From Hyphomicrobiales bacterium (GTDB lineage Bacteria > Pseudomonadota > Alphaproteobacteria > Rhizobiales > OSC116): a stretch of DNA of 64,000 bases. The DNA is taken from the NCBI GenBank assembly GCA_002401855.1, contig NVUH01000010.1, positions 19,009 through 83,008 on the forward strand, given 5' to 3'. The position numbers and the translations under genes were made by a program. Shown here piece by piece: positions 58,538 to 64,000 of the stretch. Position 1 is the first letter of the stretch, and the number at the start of each line of letters is the position of its first letter. The notes below the pieces were generated by a model that was not told where the DNA came from, made no database searches, and saw nothing but the letters and a program-made list of their open reading frames with translations.

Positions 58538-58630
58538 TTAAAAATTCTTGACTTTAGTTTGGCATTCTAATATTTGTGTTGGTGGGACACCTCTCCCCAA
58601 CGAGAGGCACTTTATCTGTGAGGATAACAT

Positions 58631-59794
58631 ATGACTGTTATTATCAAACCGGCTTTGCGTCCGGAAAATACGCATTTTTCTTCTGGTCCATGTTCAAAAC
58701 GGCCTAATTGGTCGCTCGATGCGTTAAAAGACGCTGCCTTAGGCAGGTCTCATCGCTCTAAGCTTGGCAAAGCAAAACTTGCTGATGCGATTGAACTGAC
58801 AAGGGAAGTTCTTCAAATTCCTGCTGATTATAAAATCGGCATTGTACCTGGCTCAGACACTGGCGCGGTTGAGATGGCTCTATGGTCTATGCTCGGTGCG
58901 CGCGGTGTCGATATGCTGGCGTGGGAAAGTTTTGGCGCTGGTTGGGTGACCGATGTGGTCAAACAGCTTAAGCTTGAAAATGTAACCTTGCGCGATGCCG
59001 AATACGGCCAATTGCCTGCGCTTCGCCACGTTAATTTCGACAATGATGTGGTCTTCACATGGAATGGCACGACATCTGGTGTGCGTGTGCCTAATGGCGA
59101 TTGGATTGCGGATGACCGTAAGGGGCTTACGTTTTGTGATGCCACAAGCGCGGTGTTTGCCAATGACTTGCCATGGGATAAATTAGACGTCACTACATTT
59201 AGCTGGCAAAAGGTTTTGGGTTCAGAAGGTGCTCATGGCATGCTGATCCTCAGCCCTCGCGCTGTTGAGCGTCTTGAATCTTATACTCCTGCATGGCCGT
59301 TGCCAAAAATTTTCCGTCTTACTAAGGGTGGTAAATTGATTGATGCCATTTTTACTGGTGCTACAATCAATACACCGTCTATGTTGGCGGTTGAAGATTA
59401 TTTAGATGCGCTCAATTGGGTGAAAGAAATTGGTGGCTTAGACGCGATGATTGATCGGGCTGATCGTAACGCCATTGAGATTGCTGCATGGGTGGCCAAA
59501 GCTGATTGGGTCGATTTTCTACCCGAAAATGCTCACAATCGCTCTAATACATCTATCTGCCTAAAAGTGGTCGATGCTGATATTCTGGCATTGGACGCCA
59601 AAGCCCAAGCAGTATTTGCTAAAAAGATTGTGGCATTGCTTGATGCCGAAGAAGTTGCTTATGACATTGGTTCATATAAAGATGCACCTGCTGGTTTGCG
59701 TATTTGGGCAGGCTCGACCATCGAGACTTCCGATATCATTGCATTAACACCTTGGCTGGATTGGGCGTTTTCCACAGCCAAAGCTGATCTTTAA
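58631..59794 (+). CDS. serC: phosphoserine aminotransferase (long alphaproteobacterial type)
   Basis: 387 aa with [14 protein letters not shown] (PLP-Lys region). Followed by serA. Confidence 0.85.
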   Translation: MTVIIKPALRPENTHFSSGPCSKRPNWSLDALKDAALGRSHRSKLGKAKLADAIELTREVLQIPADYKIGIVPGSDTGAVEMALWSMLGARGVDMLAWESFGAGWVTDVVKQLKLENVTLRDAEYGQLPALRHVNFDNDVVFTWNGTTSGVRVPNGDWIADDRKGLTFCDATSAVFANDLPWDKLDVTTFSWQKVLGSEGAHGMLILSPRAVERLESYTPAWPLPKIFRLTKGGKLIDAIFTGATINTPSMLAVEDYLDALNWVKEIGGLDAMIDRADRNAIEIAAWVAKADWVDFLPENAHNRSNTSICLKVVDADILALDAKAQAVFAKKIVALLDAEEVAYDIGSYKDAPAGLRIWAGSTIETSDIIALTPWLDWAFSTAKADL

Positions 59795-59835
59795 ATCATT
59801 ATACCCATTCAAAATTCAAATTAAGGGAGACAAAA

Positions 59836-61419
59836 ATGTCTGCACCTAAAGTACTTATCTCAGATAAATTAGACCCACAAGCCGCCGAAATTTTCAAAAA
59901 AAATGGCGTCGAAGTGGATGTCATTCCAGGCCTAAGCAAAGAAGAATTATTCGATATTATCGATAAATATGATGGCTTGGTCATTCGCTCTGCCACTAAA
60001 GCGACCGAAAAAATCATCAAGCAAGCCAAAAACCTAAAGGTTATTGGCCGCGCGGGCATTGGGGTGGATAATGTTGATATTCCTGCCGCTTCTGCCAAAG
60101 GCATCATCGTGATGAACACACCATTTGGTAACTCAATCACCACAGCCGAACATGCCATTACATTATTGTTGGCTGTGGCGCGGCAAATTCCATTGGCCAA
60201 TGCCAGCACCCATGCCAGTAAATGGGAAAAATCGCGGTTTATGGGTGTTGAGGTGACAGGCAAAACCCTCGGCATTATTGGCTGCGGTAACATTGGTGGC
60301 ATTGTCGCTGACCGTGCGCTTGGCCTTAAAATGAAGGTGATTGCGTTTGATCCATTTTTAACCGAGGATCGTGCGATTGAGCTGGGCATTGAAAAAGTTG
60401 ATTTTGATGCATTGTTAAGCCGCATTGACTTTTTGTCATTGCACACGCCATTGACTGACAAAACCCGCAATATTATTGACGCAACTGCGCTTAACAAAAT
60501 GAAAAAAGGCGTGCGTATTATTAACTGTGCGCGGGGCGGTTTGATTGACGAAGTGGCCTTAAAAGCCGCGTTAGAAGCTGGCCACGTCGCAGGCGCTGCG
60601 TTGGATGTTTATGCTGTAGAGCCCGCCAAAGAAAATGCCTTATTTGGCATGGATAATGTAATTTGTACCCCGCATTTGGGTGCTAGCACCACTGAAGCGC
60701 AGGTTAATGTTGCATTGCAAGTCGCCGAACAAATGAGTGATTATCTGATTAACGGCGCGGTAACCAACGCGCTTAACTCTCCTTCAGTGACGGCCGAAGA
60801 AGCGCCACGCTTAAAACCATTTATTAAATTGGCAGAGAGCCTAGGTAGTTTTGCAGGCCAGCTCACAGAAAATGCCATAAAAAGCATTCGCATCGAATAT
60901 GAAGGTGATGTGGCCGATATGAATATCAAGGCTTTGACATCGGCGGCTGTCACAGGTGTGTTGCGGCCACTTATGCAAGATGTAAATATGGTTTCTGCGC
61001 CGATTATTGCTGCCCAACATGGCATGAAGATTGAAGAAGTGATTCGCAGCCAAGAAGGCGTGTATGAAAATTACATTCGTTTGACCATTGAAACGGATGT
61101 GCAAACGCGCTCTGTGGCTGGTACGGTATTTTCAGATGGTAAATTGCGCCTCATTCAAGTGAAAGGCGTGAATATGGATGCTGAATTAACCGAACATATG
61201 CTTTATGTGATTAATGAAGATAAAGCTGGCTTTATTGGTGCTTTGGGTAGTGTTTTGGGTGAAAACTCTGTGAATATTGCCAACTTTAATTTGGGCCGTG
61301 TCGAAGAAGGTGGCGAGGCCATTTCGTTGATCGCTATTGACGCGCACGCCAGTGATGAAGTGATTGCACAAATTGCGGCCATTGAACAAGTGACGCAAGT
61401 TAAATCTCTGCAGTTCTAA
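59836..61419 (+). CDS. serA: D-3-phosphoglycerate dehydrogenase (long form with ASB and ACT domains)
   Basis: 527 aa with GIIGCGNIGG, HTPLT, NCARGG and a C-terminal ACT domain. Confidence 0.95.
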   Translation: MSAPKVLISDKLDPQAAEIFKKNGVEVDVIPGLSKEELFDIIDKYDGLVIRSATKATEKIIKQAKNLKVIGRAGIGVDNVDIPAASAKGIIVMNTPFGNSITTAEHAITLLLAVARQIPLANASTHASKWEKSRFMGVEVTGKTLGIIGCGNIGGIVADRALGLKMKVIAFDPFLTEDRAIELGIEKVDFDALLSRIDFLSLHTPLTDKTRNIIDATALNKMKKGVRIINCARGGLIDEVALKAALEAGHVAGAALDVYAVEPAKENALFGMDNVICTPHLGASTTEAQVNVALQVAEQMSDYLINGAVTNALNSPSVTAEEAPRLKPFIKLAESLGSFAGQLTENAIKSIRIEYEGDVADMNIKALTSAAVTGVLRPLMQDVNMVSAPIIAAQHGMKIEEVIRSQEGVYENYIRLTIETDVQTRSVAGTVFSDGKLRLIQVKGVNMDAELTEHMLYVINEDKAGFIGALGSVLGENSVNIANFNLGRVEEGGEAISLIAIDAHASDEVIAQIAAIEQVTQVKSLQF

Positions 61420-61447
61420 CTGCATGTAATGTCTAATACTTTAGTCT

Positions 61448-61475
61448 AACGGGAGCTTCGGCTCCCGTTTTTTTA
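61448..61475 (+). terminator. Terminator after serA
   Basis: Stem aacgggagc / gctcccgtt with loop ttcg, followed by T7. Confidence 0.9.
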
Positions 61476-61666
61476 TTGAAATAAGCGGGTTTTTATGAAA
61501 CATTTACTACAATAATTTTAATCCATATATATCAATATCTTAATCTGTATAACTTTATTTATTTTGCATCAATTTGTGGGTTTATGTAAACTATTAATTG
61601 GCATTAACCATTTATTACTGTTTGTCTTTTATTTTTACTAAGACTTTATTAAGGGCAGGTAAGAAT

Positions 61667-62263
61667 ATGTGGAAAAAAAAGGATGCTGACTTCGCAACAG
61701 GTCAGCAAAAAGGGGAACGTCAAGTTGCATCTCGGAAATTATCACAAACGGTAGTTGCAACAGGTGCTGAACGTTTTTTTGATAAAAACGAAATTATCGT
61801 GAGTAAGACCGATCTAAAAGGCAACCTCACTTATGTGAATGATGTATTTTTACGAATTTCAGATTATACTGAGCCTGAGCTTTTGGGCCAACCGCATAGT
61901 CTCATTCGTCATATAGATATGCCACGGGTTATTTTCAAATTGTTATGGAGTTATTTGCAAGATGGCAAAGAAATTTTTGCTTATGTGAATAATTTTGCTA
62001 AAAATGGCGATAATTACTGGGTGCTGGCGCATGTCACACCAAGCTTGGATGATGGGGGCAATGTGGTTGGTTATCATTCCAACCGGCGTGTGCCAAAACG
62101 TGATATTTTAGAAAATACCATCATACCACTTTATAAGCAGCTGCTGGAAATTGAAAATAATGAAAGCAGCCGTAAGGTTGGCTTGCAAAAATCAGAGCAA
62201 AAATTAACTGAAATTGTAGCTGCACAGGAGGTTTCTTATGATGAATTTATCTTATCTATCTAA
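61667..62263 (+). CDS. soluble Aer-like PAS domain protein
   Basis: I prefer ATG 61667. The PAS core resembles the E. coli Aer FAD-PAS domain ([18 protein letters not shown]...[17 protein letters not shown]...[13 protein letters not shown]). Confidence 0.8.
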   Translation: MWKKKDADFATGQQKGERQVASRKLSQTVVATGAERFFDKNEIIVSKTDLKGNLTYVNDVFLRISDYTEPELLGQPHSLIRHIDMPRVIFKLLWSYLQDGKEIFAYVNNFAKNGDNYWVLAHVTPSLDDGGNVVGYHSNRRVPKRDILENTIIPLYKQLLEIENNESSRKVGLQKSEQKLTEIVAAQEVSYDEFILSI

Positions 62264-63554
62264 AGCTAAATATTTGCTGATTCTGGTGAGTATATTGTGT
62301 GTGCTAAATTTTGGTATGGAATTTATCAATGGGTTGGCAATGGTCAATTATTACTCAGTCATTGGTAGTCTCATTCTGCTGGGTTCTGCACTGTTATGCA
62401 TGTATTATCTGCGGCGTTGTAGCCAGGATTTGGCTCAGGCAGAAGCAGTTGTTAGCCAAGTGGCACAAGGCGATTTTGAACACCGCATTCTTAACATTCA
62501 TGACCAAGGTGAAGCCAAACGGTTTTATTGGGCGGTCAATTCATTAATTGATAATGCAGATGCCTATGTGCGTGAAAGCAGTGCAGCGATGGCGAATGTT
62601 GAGCAGGGTAAATATTATCGTATTATTATGGAAGATGGCTTAAATGGCGCTTATCAACGCGGTGCCAAAACCATCAACCAAGCGATGAATGTGATGTCTG
62701 AAAAAATTTCGGGTTTTGAAAGCATCACTCAAAGTTTTGAAAGTAATGTTGAAAAGGTGATAAGCCAGTTGAGCAGCGCTTCGGGTGAACTAGATAAAAC
62801 CGCACAACAGATGGATGAAGTGGCTGGCAATACCACGGTTCAAGCCAGCGCGTTGAGTGAGACGGCAACCGTCACCTCGAAAAATGTGCAAACCGTGTCG
62901 TCAGCAACCGAAGAATTATCCAGTTCAATTGATGAAATTTCTAACCGAATTGAAATATCTGGGGTTAAAATTGGCCAAGCGGTGGATGAAATTCGTACCA
63001 CTGAAAGTAATTTGGATGAGTTGAATAAGTCAGTGAATATTATTGGTGATGTGGTGGCGTTGATTAATGACATTGCCAATCAAACTAATTTATTGGCACT
63101 GAACGCAACCATTGAAGCCTCTCGGGCTGGTGATGCGGGCAAAGGTTTTGCTGTGGTGGCAAACGAAGTGAAGGCACTTGCTGCACAGACCTCCAAAGCC
63201 ACGACCGAAATTTCTGGTCTGGTCAATAGCATTCAAGATGCCACAAAATTATCATTAGGTAGTTTTAAAACTGTGAGTGATTCGGTGAATGAAGTGGATG
63301 AAATTACTCAAACCATTTCATCATCAATTGAACAGCAAAATATTGCAACTGGCGAGATTGCCCGTTCGATTAGTGAGGTGTCACAAGGTAGCGACCAAGT
63401 GACTGAAAATGTGAAGAAAGTATCAAGTGGCGCCGAAGTGAGCCAACAATCTGCAGCGGGGCTTATTCAAGCAGCGGCAGGTATTTCTGAGCAATCGGGC
63501 ACATTGGGTGAAGAGGTTGATCGCTTCTTAAAAGAAGTTAGAACTGCCATGTAG
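62238..63554 (+). CDS. methyl-accepting chemotaxis protein (membrane hairpin + HAMP + signalling domain)
   Basis: 438 aa. Strong RBS aggagg 6 nt upstream of the ATG. Two closely spaced TM helices, then HAMP-like region, and the highly conserved MCP tip [37 protein letters not shown]. Confidence 0.9.
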   Translation: MMNLSYLSKAKYLLILVSILCVLNFGMEFINGLAMVNYYSVIGSLILLGSALLCMYYLRRCSQDLAQAEAVVSQVAQGDFEHRILNIHDQGEAKRFYWAVNSLIDNADAYVRESSAAMANVEQGKYYRIIMEDGLNGAYQRGAKTINQAMNVMSEKISGFESITQSFESNVEKVISQLSSASGELDKTAQQMDEVAGNTTVQASALSETATVTSKNVQTVSSATEELSSSIDEISNRIEISGVKIGQAVDEIRTTESNLDELNKSVNIIGDVVALINDIANQTNLLALNATIEASRAGDAGKGFAVVANEVKALAAQTSKATTEISGLVNSIQDATKLSLGSFKTVSDSVNEVDEITQTISSSIEQQNIATGEIARSISEVSQGSDQVTENVKKVSSGAEVSQQSAAGLIQAAAGISEQSGTLGEEVDRFLKEVRTAM

Positions 63555-63580
63555 TTCGGCAGATATAATCTGGATGAAAG

Positions 63581-63618
63581 CCTCAAACCGACTCTGGTTT
63601 GGGGCTTTTGGTTTTTTT
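63581..63618 (+). terminator. Terminator after the MCP gene, overlapping the 3' end of the convergent EamA gene
   Basis: Stem cctcaaacc / ggtttgggg (1 mismatch), followed by cttttggttttttt. Confidence 0.6.
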
Positions 63619-64000
63619 AGAGCCCAAATAAATGCCCAATATCACCAAAGCAAAACCAATCATATGATAAGAATATAGGGTTTCGCCTAAAAATATAATG
63701 GCCAATATGGTGCCAAATACGGGGATGAGATGAAAAAATGTCGCCGCCACATTGGCGCCAACCAGCGCCACCGCACGGTTGAAAAATATATAAGCCAGAA
63801 TAGAGGCGAATATGCTGATATAAGCCAAGGTGGCGATGCTTTTTACACCAATGAACATTTGGTTGCCTTGGCTATATAGCTCCCAAGCAAAAAACGGTAT
63901 CAGCATTAATTCGCCGACTAAAAAGGTGATATAGATGAATGAAAACCAATGAATTTGCGGTTTTTTACGCAGTAAAGCCGAATAGAGCGCATAAAATGCA
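63583..64000 (-). CDS. EamA/DMT family transporter (partial; 5' end beyond window)
   Basis: The reading frame stays open from 63583 to the window edge (AFYALYSALLRKKPQIHWFSFIYITFLVGELMLIPFF...). Multi-TM, with an EamA-like C-terminal half. Confidence 0.8.
   Translation of the reverse strand, partial: AFYALYSALLRKKPQIHWFSFIYITFLVGELMLIPFFAWELYSQGNQMFIGVKSIATLAYISIFASILAYIFFNRAVALVGANVAATFFHLIPVFGTILAIIFLGETLYSYHMIGFALVILGIYLGSKKTKSPKPESV

Noticed and set aside
62238-62263. Interpreting the 26-nt PAS/MCP overlap as a frameshift pseudogene of a fused aer gene.
   Set aside because: The MCP ORF has its own ATG with a near-perfect aggagg RBS at optimal spacing, and both ORFs are otherwise intact. 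This cannot be fully excluded without orthologs, so it is kept as a testable alternative in the finding.

Overview
This window reads as a core chromosomal segment of an alphaproteobacterium. That inference rests on GapR/DUF2312, RcdA/DUF1465, DUF1013, DUF1036, split PntAA/PntAB/PntB, the zapA - 6S RNA - 5-formyl-THF cyclo-ligase arrangement, and a contiguous yebC-ruvCAB-ybgC-tolQRAB-pal-cpoB-tilS-ftsH-folP-glmM block. I can support about 60 protein genes. They cover glycolysis and pentose phosphate (pyk, pgk, gap, tkt), purEK, serCA, ribosomal proteins L36/S21/L31, efp, pntAB, a sigma-54 activator, and an ldtD/mepK-like cell-wall pair. They also include an orphan MotA/MotB-like pair, an Aer-like PAS protein plus MCP, and a partial EamA transporter at the 3' edge. 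Three of these genes fall below the ORF-track length cut-off: rpmJ, a COX-IV-like micro-protein and a DUF465 protein. I see no rRNA, tRNA, CRISPR array, transposase, integrase or prophage genes. The main signal not explained by genes is a GC-rich, modular (mosaic) repeat family that fills three intergenic regions: 3514-3958, 20430-21151 and 40449-40885. Its ~100-nt core always points the same way on the + strand and sits directly 3' of a + strand gene with no intervening terminator. Two core copies differ by only 5 substitutions, and 4 of those are compensatory changes in one hairpin. The family also shows nested long inverted repeats, a ~347-bp tandem duplication, and one module reused in opposite orientation. 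I could not match it to any RNA or repeat family I know, and I consider it the best candidate for something undescribed. Secondary items are the stator-like MotAB pair with long coiled coils, a 15-bp tandem repeat array upstream of pntA, an orphan terminator (sRNA candidate) in a 716-bp AT-rich spacer, and the split Aer-like receptor. All homology calls come from reading the translated ORFs and recognising motifs. No database search was run, and identity figures were counted by hand.
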